Shown here: piece by piece, positions 1-10,119 of the stretch
How the letters are laid out: every line of letters starts with the position of its first letter
Numbering within the stretch: position 1 is the first letter of the stretch
DNA from: an uncultured Chroococcidiopsis sp.
GTDB taxonomy: Bacteria > Cyanobacteriota > Cyanobacteriia > Cyanobacteriales > Chroococcidiopsidaceae
Direction: 5' to 3'
Length of the DNA stretch: 64,000 nt
Assembly (NCBI GenBank): GCA_964248365.1
Contig: CAXTYC010000011.1
Coordinates: 1 to 64,000 of the forward strand
Program-made: the position numbers and the translations under genes
The notes under the pieces: generated by a model
Seen by the model: the letters and a program-made list of their open reading frames with translations, nothing else
Databases searched by the model: none
Told to the model about the DNA's origin: nothing

Positions 1-60
1 CCTACGAATCGCTGAATACAGCTAGAGCGAGGGACTCCTTGCACTTGAAGTTGAACACGA

Positions 61-609
61 TTAGAGCAAAAATTTGGGCGGGGTAAGCCAAAATAGTTGA
101 CTACACCCTACTGGTGAGCCTGTTTGTGGGAGTTTCAAACCAATAATACCTGCTTTTTTTATTACTAGTACGGGCAAGTTTTCAAGTCTTTCTGGAGATT
201 TCGATATATCTGTTCTCCTCGTCCCTACTCTGGTTTGTCCCCAAACGAGAATTTCTGCCCACTGTCCCAAGTCGGGTTGATGACCAACTATTGCAAGCCT
301 ATTGTCAGTTGCAAGCATTTGCTTTTGTTCTAGCCAACTCAGCCAGTCTTGAATATTCCCCTCTGGAGCTAGGTAGCCGGATAACTCAATTTGCCCACTC
401 AGCCCACACTCGTGCAGGATTTGTGCAGTTTGCCGCGATCGCACATAGGGACTGGTCAATATCAGATCGAACCGTAAACCAAGATTATACAGCCGTTTTG
501 CCACTTTGAGAGTTTTTTCGCGTCCCTCTGCCGTCAGAGTGCGCTCCTCATCCTTGATGTCTGGTTTTCGGTCGACGGCTATTCCATGTCGAATTAAATA
601 CAGTTCCAC
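61..609 (-). CDS. sixA: Phosphohistidine phosphatase SixA, carrying an in-frame repeat-derived insert
   Basis: LYLIRHGIA histidine-phosphatase motif, LTSPYVRSRQTA, VGHQP; extra segment VGTRRTDISKSPERLENLPV corresponds to the palindromic element at 168-228. Confidence 0.92.
   Translation of the reverse strand: MELYLIRHGIAVDRKPDIKDEERTLTAEGREKTLKVAKRLYNLGLRFDLILTSPYVRSRQTAQILHECGLSGQIELSGYLAPEGNIQDWLSWLEQKQMLATDNRLAIVGHQPDLGQWAEILVWGQTRVGTRRTDISKSPERLENLPVLVIKKAGIIGLKLPQTGSPVGCSQLFWLTPPKFLL
168..228 (-). repeat. Degenerate copy of the ~64-bp GTAG-ended palindromic element, inside sixA
   Basis: gtacgggcaagttttcaag...atatctgttctcctcgtccctac resembles 44872-44935. Confidence 0.6.
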
Positions 610-812
610 AAGTCGATTTTAGATTTTGGATTTTTGTCGCGCAAAGCCGCAAAGACGCAAAAGGAAAGAAGTGTTTTGTCTGTTGGTGTCTTGGCGTGAA
701 GATTTTGGATTGGTAGTTGGTAGTTGGTAGCTGGTAGTTTTTCTCCCCCAGCTCCCCCTGCATCCCAAAGCGCGAACCCTGCTCTCTTCTAGCCCCAGCG
801 CCCCAGCGCCCC

Positions 813-2093
813 CTATTGTGTCTGAATCGGACTATCTTGCGGATTGACTAACCGCAGCAGCTTTTGCTTGATTTGGGCATCGAATACGTCCCATTTCATT
901 TTGGCGTAGGCTGAGTTTTCGTTACAGCCTGACAAGAAGCCCATCGGAATCTCAAAGCCGCCAGCGTGGGTTCTACCTCCACCAAAAAACCGTCCCTGGC
1001 TATCTTGTCCAAAGGCTTCTTTGATGAATTCATCAGGATCTAGAGTGAGTTTGGTAGTTCTCAGTGAGCCGATCACGACTTCGAGTTCTTCGTCTTCGTC
1101 ATGGACTATGCCGTATACTACAGCTGTGTGAACGTTTTCTTCGGTGACAAGAAAATCAGCTGCCTGTGGGATAGCATCTCGGTCGTCGTAGCGCAGATAC
1201 CCAACGCCTGCAATGGAAAAGCTATTTTGTACGATGCGATTTTTGAGCGATCGCTCGATTACATCCATCACTCGCTTCGAGCGATTGGTCAGTAGTATTG
1301 CTTTAAGCAACTGGTAGTCGTAAAATCGACTTAGATAACCAGCCGCCTGACAATCTTCTTCCTGCGCTTGCATCAACCCATTTGTATCTGAGCGCAAACC
1401 ATGCATCAATGCAGTGGCGCATTTGACGTGTTGATTCACACTGCTATCTAAGGTTAGTAACCCCGCCTGCAAGTACTGGGTAAAAATGGTGGCGGTAGCT
1501 CGCACATTCGGACGAATATCAGCAAATTCTGGTTTGAGTTCTCCTTGCAGGCTGTGATGGTCAACTACGACTGTCAAGGGGACACCCGCTTCCTGCACCA
1601 AGGACATCAGCAAACTTGTTGTTCCTTGGTTGTCTATTAGTACAAATCCTTTGTAAACTGATAAATCCTTACTTTTGGCTGTTTGAAGCTGCCAACGTAC
1701 AGCAGGTAAGCCAGTAAGTTTCACTAAGGCAATGTTTTCTTGGTGGCTAAGCGTACCAGCATACACTATGTCGCATTGAATATCATATTGCTGGGCGATT
1801 AACTGATACGCCCAGGCACAGGAGAGCGCATCGGGGTCAGGAAAGTCTTGGAGAATTACTAGCTGACGCTCCTGGCGGTGTCTTTCTAAGGTCTGTCGCA
1901 GTGCTTCCACTTTTTGCCAGTGTGAACCGTTGGTGCGCGCAGTATGTTGATGAGGTGAGTCATTCGTTGATATGGCTGTAGGCGTTTCGTAAGGTGAAAC
2001 GGCGATCGGCAATAGGTCTAGGTCAGAGTCTTCAGAAGATGACTCTGTGCTTGATGGCAGACTATCAATCTGCTTGAACGAATTCAAGTGCAT
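813..2093 (-). CDS. DHH-family phosphoesterase (NrnA-like)
   Basis: QDFPDPDA, LIDNQ, VVDHH, LRSDT motifs and a DHHA1-like GGGRTHAGG. Confidence 0.85.
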   Translation of the reverse strand: MHLNSFKQIDSLPSSTESSSEDSDLDLLPIAVSPYETPTAISTNDSPHQHTARTNGSHWQKVEALRQTLERHRQERQLVILQDFPDPDALSCAWAYQLIAQQYDIQCDIVYAGTLSHQENIALVKLTGLPAVRWQLQTAKSKDLSVYKGFVLIDNQGTTSLLMSLVQEAGVPLTVVVDHHSLQGELKPEFADIRPNVRATATIFTQYLQAGLLTLDSSVNQHVKCATALMHGLRSDTNGLMQAQEEDCQAAGYLSRFYDYQLLKAILLTNRSKRVMDVIERSLKNRIVQNSFSIAGVGYLRYDDRDAIPQAADFLVTEENVHTAVVYGIVHDEDEELEVVIGSLRTTKLTLDPDEFIKEAFGQDSQGRFFGGGRTHAGGFEIPMGFLSGCNENSAYAKMKWDVFDAQIKQKLLRLVNPQDSPIQTQ

Positions 2094-2285
2094 AAAAAAT
2101 AGTTTATGTGTGTGAGGCGCAGTGTGTGGTAAAGAGTATTACTATTGTTAGATTGAGTTTTATAGCTACAATACAATTTTCGCAAATATTTTGGGCTATT
2201 GATCGCTAAACGCCAGGATCTTACTCCAGACGGAAATTTCAAGCATTTAAAAGCTAATCGCGCGCCAGCTAAAAGCTAATCGCTT

Positions 2286-2783
2286 TTAAAGTCCTATAAC
2301 ATATTTTTGCCACTCTTGGTGCAGTCCACTCTTAAGATGTTTTGTCACTTCAAAGTAGAGGCTGCTGTAGGGCTTACGGGGAGGATGGCGCAAAAGCATA
2401 TGCGCTTCGTTGGGTGTGCGGCTGCCTTTTTTGACGTTGCACCGAACACAGGCTGTAACAATGTTTTCCCAACTATCTGGACCGCCACGCGATCGCGGGA
2501 TAACATGATCTAGTGTTAAATCGTCCCCAGTGTAACCGCAATATTGACAGGTGTGACCGTCACGGTGCAAGATATTGCGGCGGGTCAGCGGTATTTCCTT
2601 ATAAGGAACACGAACATAGTGACGCAGCCGAATAACGCTTGGGAGTGGAAACTCCGAGTAAACGAATTTACCGTTATGCTCGACTCGTTCCGCTTTGCCT
2701 TTGACTAATAGTACAACCGCACGTCGCCAGCTTGTGATGTTTATCGGCTCATAAGAGGCGTTCAGGACTAAAACCTTAGCCAT
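2286..2783 (-). CDS. HNH endonuclease (conserved cyanobacterial McrA-like type)
   Basis: RDGHTCQYCG...TLDHVIPRSRGG...WENIVTACVRCNVKKG. Confidence 0.92.
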   Translation of the reverse strand: MAKVLVLNASYEPINITSWRRAVVLLVKGKAERVEHNGKFVYSEFPLPSVIRLRHYVRVPYKEIPLTRRNILHRDGHTCQYCGYTGDDLTLDHVIPRSRGGPDSWENIVTACVRCNVKKGSRTPNEAHMLLRHPPRKPYSSLYFEVTKHLKSGLHQEWQKYVIGL

Positions 2784-2966
2784 TGATGATCGTTGCAGCC
2801 AACATTTTTTACAGATTTTAACACATTATTGTTATTTTCAGTTACCAGTTACCAGGCGCGGGTTTATCCGGTATCTGTTGCCCAATTGAGTGTCTGTTAA
2901 ACCCCCACAGACGACTATTGACGAGCAAGAGCGAGTATTTCAAGATTCCAATGAGATTGCTATTAG

Positions 2967-3008
2967 ACAGGTAATTTTGTTGCGTAGGATAGCAACAAAA
3001 TTACCTGT
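2967..3008. promoter_or_regulatory. Perfect 17-bp inverted repeat in the HNH/alr divergent intergenic region
   Basis: acaggtaattttgttgc-N8-gcaacaaaattacctgt; function inferred only from position. Confidence 0.45.
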
Positions 3009-3060
3009 GCTTGCCAGCGAGTGAATATTTAGCTATATTTACCGAATTAATCAGGAGTGA

Positions 3061-4254
3061 ATGGTCATGCTAGGTCAAGAGCAGACCCAAACAAAGGTTT
3101 ATGTGAGTAGTGATACAATTGGCGGACTACGTCAAAGAGCTTGGATAGAAATTGATCAAGCCGCTTTGGCACATAATGTACGTCAAATCAAAAGTCTGTT
3201 ATCTGCTAAGACAACTCTAATGGCGGTAGTCAAGGCGGATGCTTATGGACATGGAGCTGTTACCACGGCTCAAACTGTGTTAAAAGCTGGTGCGAACTGG
3301 CTAGGTGTAGCAACCATTCCAGAGGGAGTCGAGTTGCGGATGGCTGGAATTAAAGCTCCAATTTTAATTTTAGGTGCAACAAATACACCAGAACAGTTGC
3401 AAGCAATAACGAGTTGGCAGCTACAGCCTACTCTATGCGACGCTAAACAAGCTCTGGTATTTTCAGAAACCTTAGCAACAATTAATGCTGACGGAATACC
3501 TGTACATATCAAGCTAGATACGGGTATGTCTCGCTTAGGATCTCGGTGGGAGCAAGCAACCGAATTTGTGCAACTGGTGCATTCTTTACCGCATTTACGC
3601 ATTGCCAGTATTTATTCTCATTTGGCAACGGCGGAAAGTGTTGATCAAACTGTGATGAGGCAGCAACAAGCCCGATTTGAGGCGGCGATCGCTTCGATTA
3701 AATTAGCTGGAATACCTTTACCACCACTTCATTTGGCAAATTCTGCTGCCACCATTACTGACAATCAGTTGCATTATAACATGGTGCGCGTGGGTTTAGC
3801 TATCTATGGTCTTTATCCAGCTAAACATCTGAGCAATGCGATTAATCTCAAACCCGCTTTGCAAGTTAAGGCACGGGTGACTCAAGTCAAGACAATTCCA
3901 CCGGATACTGGCGTGAGTTATGGGCATCATTTCATTAGCGATCGCGAACTGCGTTTGGCTGTAATTGGCATTGGTTACGCTGATGGTGTGCCTCGCCGTC
4001 TGTCTAACCAAATGACAGTATTAATTCGCGGTCAGAAAATACGTCAAGTCGGCTCAATTACAATGGATCAGCTAATGCTAGATGTATCTTCTATCCCAGA
4101 TTTACAAGTAGGGGAAATTGTCACCCTTCTAGGACAAGAGGGAAAAGAACAAATCTCGGCTGATGATTGGGCAGATGCAATAGATACAATTTCCTGGGAA
4201 ATACTTTGCAGCTTCAAGCACCGTTTACCCCGCGTTGCAATTACTAGGGGCTAG
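3061..4254 (+). CDS. alr: Alanine racemase
   Basis: AVVKADAYGHG PLP-lysine motif, KLDTGMSRLG, GYADG, GSITMDQ. Confidence 0.97.
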   Translation: MVMLGQEQTQTKVYVSSDTIGGLRQRAWIEIDQAALAHNVRQIKSLLSAKTTLMAVVKADAYGHGAVTTAQTVLKAGANWLGVATIPEGVELRMAGIKAPILILGATNTPEQLQAITSWQLQPTLCDAKQALVFSETLATINADGIPVHIKLDTGMSRLGSRWEQATEFVQLVHSLPHLRIASIYSHLATAESVDQTVMRQQQARFEAAIASIKLAGIPLPPLHLANSAATITDNQLHYNMVRVGLAIYGLYPAKHLSNAINLKPALQVKARVTQVKTIPPDTGVSYGHHFISDRELRLAVIGIGYADGVPRRLSNQMTVLIRGQKIRQVGSITMDQLMLDVSSIPDLQVGEIVTLLGQEGKEQISADDWADAIDTISWEILCSFKHRLPRVAITRG

Positions 4255-4426
4255 GGGCTGGGGACTAGGGGCTGGGGAAAGAGGAGGGGGAGAGGGGGAG
4301 ACAACCTTCAGGGGGGAGTATTTCTGAGAACTTCTCCTTGTCGCCTTGTCGGGTTGTCCCCTTGTCCTTTTTCTAGCCCCTGGTTCCCCTAGCCTCTAGC
4401 CCCTAGCCCCTAGCCCCTAGCCCCTA
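4244..4426. repeat. STRR heptamer tracts in inverted arrangement between the convergent alr and GT4 genes
   Basis: (GGGGCTA/GGGGCTG)n on the left, (TAGCCCC)n on the right. Confidence 0.8.
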
Positions 4427-4429
4427 CCT

Positions 4430-5710
4430 TCAAGCACTCACAACTTTAGAAGTTTGGGCTAGGGCTGTTTCGTTTTCTTCTAGCAGTTGGGTATACAGGT
4501 CGCTTAGCTGCTTCGCAACTCCTTCCCAGCTGAATTTATTTTCTACCCGCTCTCGTGCTGCTTTGCCTAGCTTGTTTCTAAAATCCGAGTCTAAGAGAAT
4601 GCGGTCAATTGCAGCAGCAAAGGCTACGTCATCCTTTGGTAGAGCTAGTAAACCAGTTTCTTCTGGAACAACAGTAAATTGCAGTCCACCTACGTCGCTA
4701 GCTACTACGGGTGTTCCGCTTGCCATCGCTTCAATTGCCACCAAACCAAAGGGTTCATAGTGACTGGGAACTACGCAAACGTCAGCAGCGGCGTAGTAAA
4801 CTGGCAAGATTTCATCACCAAGACGACCTGGGAAGATGGTAAAGTCACTCATTCCCAATTGGGCTACAATGCTCTCAATGCGATCGCGTTCTTTGCCATC
4901 GCTGTGACCTGGACGACTACCACCGCCAATAATTAATTTTAGGTCGGCACTACCACGCAACTTCGACTGACCAACTGCTCTTACCAAGGTTTCGATTCCC
5001 TTGCGTTCGTCAAATCGTCCTACATAGAACACGACTTTGGATTCGGGTGCAATCCCCAGTTGCTCTCGTGCTGCTTGCTGCTCAATTGAACCAAAGCGAT
5101 GAATGTCAGTACCGCAGGGAATAATGTCAATATTACCTTTGGTAGAAACGAGCGATCGCATATGTTCTTTTTCCTGGGGACTGGTTGCTACAATCCTCTC
5201 GGCTGTTTCCAATACCGCTTTTTCTACGCTTAATCGCTTCGTGGCAATCATCGGTATGGTTGTCACTGATTTATATTTAACTGCTCCTAGCGAGTGGTAG
5301 GTATGCACTTGCTTGCTGTTTTGGATTTTCTTTAGCTGCATCCCTACCCAACTCGATATCCAATAATTCGTATGAACTAGAGGATATTGATACCCCGATT
5401 CCTGCTGAAATTTCAGTAGTTGCTCAACAAAATCTGGGGCATATCCAAAAATATTATCACGAGGTACAAACTTTTCAGGACCTGCGGTTAAGCGAATTGT
5501 GCGGCAGTTATGACTATGTTCAACTATTGTTGCTTGTTGGGCGCTTGCCTTGCGGGTAAACATATCAACTTGCCACCCCATTTTGGCTAGTGCTTCGCCA
5601 ACATGGCGTACATAAACATTTTGCCCTCCAGCTTCTTCCTTGCCAATTTCAATCGCCGGGTCGCCGTGAACTGAAATTAAAGCAATACACTTTTTAGTTG
5701 TATTATTCAT
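4430..5710 (-). CDS. GT4 glycosyltransferase, sucrose-phosphate synthase SpsB-like (stand-alone GT domain)
   Basis: IALISVHGDPAIEIGKEEAGGQNVYV, HTNYW, VGRFDERKG, EPFGLVAIEAMA; start taken at ATG 5710. Confidence 0.75.
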   Translation of the reverse strand: MNNTTKKCIALISVHGDPAIEIGKEEAGGQNVYVRHVGEALAKMGWQVDMFTRKASAQQATIVEHSHNCRTIRLTAGPEKFVPRDNIFGYAPDFVEQLLKFQQESGYQYPLVHTNYWISSWVGMQLKKIQNSKQVHTYHSLGAVKYKSVTTIPMIATKRLSVEKAVLETAERIVATSPQEKEHMRSLVSTKGNIDIIPCGTDIHRFGSIEQQAAREQLGIAPESKVVFYVGRFDERKGIETLVRAVGQSKLRGSADLKLIIGGGSRPGHSDGKERDRIESIVAQLGMSDFTIFPGRLGDEILPVYYAAADVCVVPSHYEPFGLVAIEAMASGTPVVASDVGGLQFTVVPEETGLLALPKDDVAFAAAIDRILLDSDFRNKLGKAARERVENKFSWEGVAKQLSDLYTQLLEENETALAQTSKVVSA

Positions 5711-6079
5711 AGCCTTTTTGCTACTTAAATTGCACAGGTGCAAAGGGTGAATGTGAGGAGTGTTTACATAAAGTTCACTTTCTACCCCTGCGATTATTAA
5801 GTTTAATGTATGTTAACACTTTATTGATTGCATCCTCTAGGAGGATGAATTGCTTTGTTTGTCCCTTACCTCCGAGGGATTACTATAGTCGTTGGGCAGA
5901 AAATATTGTTACTTTTTGTTTCTATCCTCGGTTGTAGAATCAAAATCAAAGAAAATATCCCCCCAGCGCTATTGCCTTGCTAGTTTATACTACAGGCTAC
6001 ACGGGAGGATTAGATAGCAATTTTTGTTTAAGTAGCAGTATAAGAAATAACTCTAATAGCAAAAAAGTAATAAAAACTT

Positions 6080-6243
6080 AGATCTTGCACCTATCCCATA
6101 GTCCGCCTGCTAATTAATTAGCAGGCTCGCAAGCCAAAGTCTTCTTAAGAAGACTCACATTGGGCGGCAGTCCATTTCAATGGACTTGAGCTATTAGCCC
6201 AAAAAAGAAGTAAGGGGCGGTTATTGAAACTGGTGCAATATGT
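6080..6243. mobile_element. MITE-like multi-hairpin element
   Basis: Imperfect terminal IRs agatcttgcacc / ggtgcaatatgt enclosing hairpins gcctgctaat-taattagcaggc, agtcttct-taagaagact, agtccatt-tcaatggact; related copy at 37361-37478. Confidence 0.65.
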
Positions 6244-6449
6244 GAAAAAAAAGTAATTTTCCTTGAGCAGAGACTAGCTCAAAATTGAGAATCGAAGTTT
6301 TATAATTCAGAATTCCAGATGCGCGTAAAATATTGCTAATTTGAGGTGAGAGGCTAGGAAGAGGACAAGGAGACAAGGGGAAAGAACACAGCATAACCTC
6401 ACCTTGTCCCCCCCATCACCTTGTCCCCCCCTCCTCTTCTAGTCCCTGC

Positions 6450-6941
6450 TTAGCCATTAGTGGTTTGAGCTGCCAACATCTGCTTGAGCTTTTCTAGCTC
6501 GGAAGCCCAGCGAGGATCGGGTCGTATCCCCTCTGAATCACCTGTGTTGCTGCTACTACTAGCAGCAGGACGGCGAGACTTTTTGTTATTACCACTACGC
6601 TTGTTAACGCTCTTGTCAGCATTGCTAGCACTTGGGCTGGTAGCAGTATTAGGATTGGGGGTAGATTGCTCTTCCTCTTCCTGACCTTTAGACCGAGGCA
6701 ATGCTTTCTCGATTTTTAGCGGAGTATCTTTGAACAGGTATCCGTTGTACTTTTCAATGATTTCATCGGCTTGTTCGTCATTGTTGACGGTGACAAAGCC
6801 AAAACCGCGACACTTTCCAGTTTTGCGATCTTTAATCACTTTAGTGGTGACAGAATTTCCTGCGTCGGCAAAAACTGCTTGCAGTTCTTGACGATCTACT
6901 TCCTCTTTTGGCAGATTACCGATATATAAGCGAACTGACAT
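6450..6941 (-). CDS. RRM RNA-binding protein, Rbp3/RbpG type
   Basis: LYIGNL (RNP2), RGFGFV (RNP1), C-terminal RPDPRWA; start at ATG 6941 after GGAGG. Confidence 0.9.
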   Translation of the reverse strand: MSVRLYIGNLPKEEVDRQELQAVFADAGNSVTTKVIKDRKTGKCRGFGFVTVNNDEQADEIIEKYNGYLFKDTPLKIEKALPRSKGQEEEEQSTPNPNTATSPSASNADKSVNKRSGNNKKSRRPAASSSSNTGDSEGIRPDPRWASELEKLKQMLAAQTTNG

Positions 6942-7602
6942 AGAACGTACCTCCAAAACTTGGGTGCAAATAAGAATTGGCAACAAAACTGCTTACCTGA
7001 GCTTGGCTGATAATAAAAGAGATTGGAGCAAACTGCCACAAATCAATTTTTTCCTTAGACTGCCAAGCTCTACAATTTAGTTCATCGTTAAGGCAAAGGT
7101 GGTTAATAATATCATGCTAAGATGCTGTCTAAAAACCTGACTTTTAGGTATTATTTGCCTGAGAACAGCTTTTTTACTCTGCGATAATGCTATTGATTAC
7201 CTGAGAATTTGACACCATTCTCTAAAATATCACAGCTTACCCTATAGAAATTTTTCAAAATAAATTTTTGCTTGTAGTAATATTTTTTACTTCGTAGCTT
7301 TCACTATATCACCTATATAGAAAACTTTGCTCTAGCTAGAAGAGGAAATAAAAACCAGCCTTGGGCTGGTCTAGCTGTTGCTGTGTTGGAAGGAGAAAAA
7401 CTCAAATCTAAACTGTTAAAACCAGATATGTTACTAAACCCTAGAGCTAAGTTATGTCTAGAGTCTTGTTGATTTGTAAATAAATGTAACACAGAAAAGC
7501 AAAAAGTTGCAACTATTCTTTACATTAAGCTGCGCTACTAGTGGCTGGTAGTTGGTAGTTGGTAACTGGTAACTGGCAACTGGTAACTGGTCACTGGTTC
7601 CA

Positions 7603-9894
7603 CTAGCCACTAGCCACTATTAGGTATACTCCCCAAGCTGTGGCAAAACTTGCTAACAAGGTAGACCAGACTGGATGACCGCTGGGGCTAATTTTGCCGC
7701 CCCCAGTACGTAGGGTATCAATGTCAATCCAGGCGTTAGCACCACGACGAAACCAGCCAATAGTAAAGAGATATCGACCTAACAAGTCTGTGGGATGAGT
7801 AGAAGATCTAAGCAAGAGATCGCCTACAGCACCGAACCGAGAAACGTGATGTAATTTAATCAAACCAGTGGGTAAGTGCAGAATTAAGTCTTGTCCTAGC
7901 CAATTACTAATGCCACGACGACCTAAGAGTTTACCTTGTAAAGTCACTGTTTGACTGTTGATGGGTAATGCAGTTGGGTTGGCTAACAGATCGGTCAAAC
8001 TGGGGTTATTTAGACTGGTAGCGGGTTTAATATCTGGAAAAAAATTATTAATGCGGATGAAAATACCAATACTCAAGCCAATAGGTAAACAACCTACCAT
8101 AATTCCCCTGTCTCCCCACATCCACGCAAGCTGAGCAATTTTTAGCCAAGTGCCAATTGCTCCCAGCAGCCACATGAAACCACCAAGGGCGAAACCAAGA
8201 AAAATTCCCAAATAGGGAGCGATTTGTAGTAAGAAGGGGCTAGGGGCTGGGGGCTGGGGGCTAGGGGAATTTTGGATTTTAGATTTTGGATTTTGGATTA
8301 AAATTTCTCCTGTGCCCCTCTGCCCCTGGGCAACTGTGCGCCATAGCCCCCCTGCTCCCTGTCTGCTCAAATTTAGTTCGGGTTCTAGCCTTTGCTGGTG
8401 AGCGATGTGGGTCAGACGTTGGAGGCGATCGCCGATTAAGGGATGGGTATTATTAAGGTTGAGCCAGTAGCGTACAGGATTTAAACAATCCCATGCCAAC
8501 CCAGCTTCAATTTCACTATATGTATGTAAGCTGCTAATCGTGATTGCTTGGTGGTAGCTGACGAGTGTGAATAAATTCCAGCTTTCCAGCAGCCAACTGG
8601 TATGTTGTTGTTGTTGAATATTCTGGGCAATACCTTGAGCAATTTTGAGTATGGCACGAACTAGACCGTTAGGATTGCCAGTAATTTCAGACGAGGCGCG
8701 ATCGCCCATGTAAATCCCGCTCTGGGATAACCACAAAGCTGGTATACTCAGGACAAACCAAAGCCCATAGGCAAAGTTAGCTAATACTGCTGCAATTACT
8801 CTTAAAATTTCGTTGGCTGTTTTATCTCCCCATTGGGATACTTGCCAATAAAAGATGTACGGTAGCCCAGTTACCAGCATAAATAGGGACATGACGATAA
8901 AATCCCCATGAGCAATATGTGCTAATTGCGCGGCGTAGATGGTGGCAATTTCATCATCTGCCAACTGTTCTAGTAGTCCTTGACTAACTACAATTCTTGC
9001 CGTGCGGGGCAAATTACCATAAGTTATTGCTAAAGGTGCTGATGTTGGCACGATAGCTAGCTGGGGCAAAGACCAATTTCGCTGTTGGCAATAGCGTTGT
9101 AGCAGCCTGCTTGCTTCTGGACTATGGCTTGTGAGAGTATCTATTGATAGTGGTTGAAAACCATAAAATAGCCGCAGTATTGCATCTAATAACCAAGGTG
9201 ATAGGCTCATTAGCAGCAACAGCGAGAGCAAAATCAACCGAGTGTGGTCGTGGTAAAAGGGTTGAAACGGCTCTAAATATGGCAGGAAGACTAAAAGATC
9301 GTTTGTGAATGCCATTGCGAAGTTGAGCAATTCTCGCAGTAGGCAAAACAGTGCGATCGCGCTACCTAACTGTAGCAGCCAAAATGGAATTAAGTTAAGC
9401 GATGGGATTGACAAGCGCTGACTTCGTTCTACTTGTCGCCCTTTGGGTAGTGGTGCGGGGGGAGAGGGGGAGAGGGGAAGAGAGGGAGAATCATTAATTC
9501 CGAATTCCGAATTCTGACTTCTGACTTCTGACTCCTGACTTCTGACTTCTGACGTGGGACTATCAAACGCAACAAAGCCAGTTAAATCACTTTCTGGTAG
9601 AGTGGTTGTTGCAGGTTCAGTTGACTGAAGATTTCGCAATTGAGCCTCGACGCTAATTGCCCACTGTTTCACTTGAGGATTTGTACTGTGAGTGAGGAGT
9701 TGACAAAAGGCGATCGCGTGGCTAATGTCACTAGTGTCACTATCTGTCAATCGCTCGATTTGCCCCCCCACTTGTGCTGATGTATTCATCAGGGTATAAC
9801 AAACAGCTTTTAGACTTGCGAGCGCACTCGAGTAATCTCCTTGCTCAAGCGCCTTAGAAGCCGCATTCAGAGAAGATTCTAGATCACCAGTCAT
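7603..9894 (-). CDS. M48/HtpX-like membrane protein with degenerate zinc motif and STRR-derived inserts
   Basis: IVVSQGLLEQLADDEIATIYAAQLAHI (at the HExxH position), GNPNGLVRAILKI, THPLIGDRL, several TM segments. Confidence 0.8.
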   Translation of the reverse strand: MTGDLESSLNAASKALEQGDYSSALASLKAVCYTLMNTSAQVGGQIERLTDSDTSDISHAIAFCQLLTHSTNPQVKQWAISVEAQLRNLQSTEPATTTLPESDLTGFVAFDSPTSEVRSQESEVRSQNSEFGINDSPSLPLSPSPPAPLPKGRQVERSQRLSIPSLNLIPFWLLQLGSAIALFCLLRELLNFAMAFTNDLLVFLPYLEPFQPFYHDHTRLILLSLLLLMSLSPWLLDAILRLFYGFQPLSIDTLTSHSPEASRLLQRYCQQRNWSLPQLAIVPTSAPLAITYGNLPRTARIVVSQGLLEQLADDEIATIYAAQLAHIAHGDFIVMSLFMLVTGLPYIFYWQVSQWGDKTANEILRVIAAVLANFAYGLWFVLSIPALWLSQSGIYMGDRASSEITGNPNGLVRAILKIAQGIAQNIQQQQHTSWLLESWNLFTLVSYHQAITISSLHTYSEIEAGLAWDCLNPVRYWLNLNNTHPLIGDRLQRLTHIAHQQRLEPELNLSRQGAGGLWRTVAQGQRGTGEILIQNPKSKIQNSPSPQPPAPSPFLLQIAPYLGIFLGFALGGFMWLLGAIGTWLKIAQLAWMWGDRGIMVGCLPIGLSIGIFIRINNFFPDIKPATSLNNPSLTDLLANPTALPINSQTVTLQGKLLGRRGISNWLGQDLILHLPTGLIKLHHVSRFGAVGDLLLRSSTHPTDLLGRYLFTIGWFRRGANAWIDIDTLRTGGGKISPSGHPVWSTLLASFATAWGVYLIVASG

Positions 9895-10119
9895 AAAATT
9901 TTCTCACTAAGGTATGTTGACCCATTCCTTCAACTCCTGAACTATAGACTTCTTGCCTAGAAGGGAAAAGGGAAAAGGGGCATTGCCCTAACCTTTCACC
10001 TATAACCTTTTGCCCTGGAGAGCGCAAAAAGCACTTTTGCAGGAGGTTCAATCTAATTATTCCCAAAGCGTGATGAAAATTCTTTTGATATTCAATTTAG
10101 AAATCGAAGTGGCAATTTT

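Noticed and set aside
2286..2783. HNH (and Uma2 at 49181) as part of a defence system
   Set aside because: Both are common solitary cyanobacterial genes, with no methyltransferase, ATPase or other defence partner adjacent
6103..6220. tRNA or other structured ncRNA gene
   Set aside because: Multi-hairpin but no TTC T-loop or acceptor/CCA signature; terminal IRs and a second copy favour a mobile repeat
7277..7290. NtcA-like GTA-N8-TAC upstream of the Rbp3 gene
   Set aside because: Lies in very AT-rich sequence with no properly spaced -10 box; likely chance
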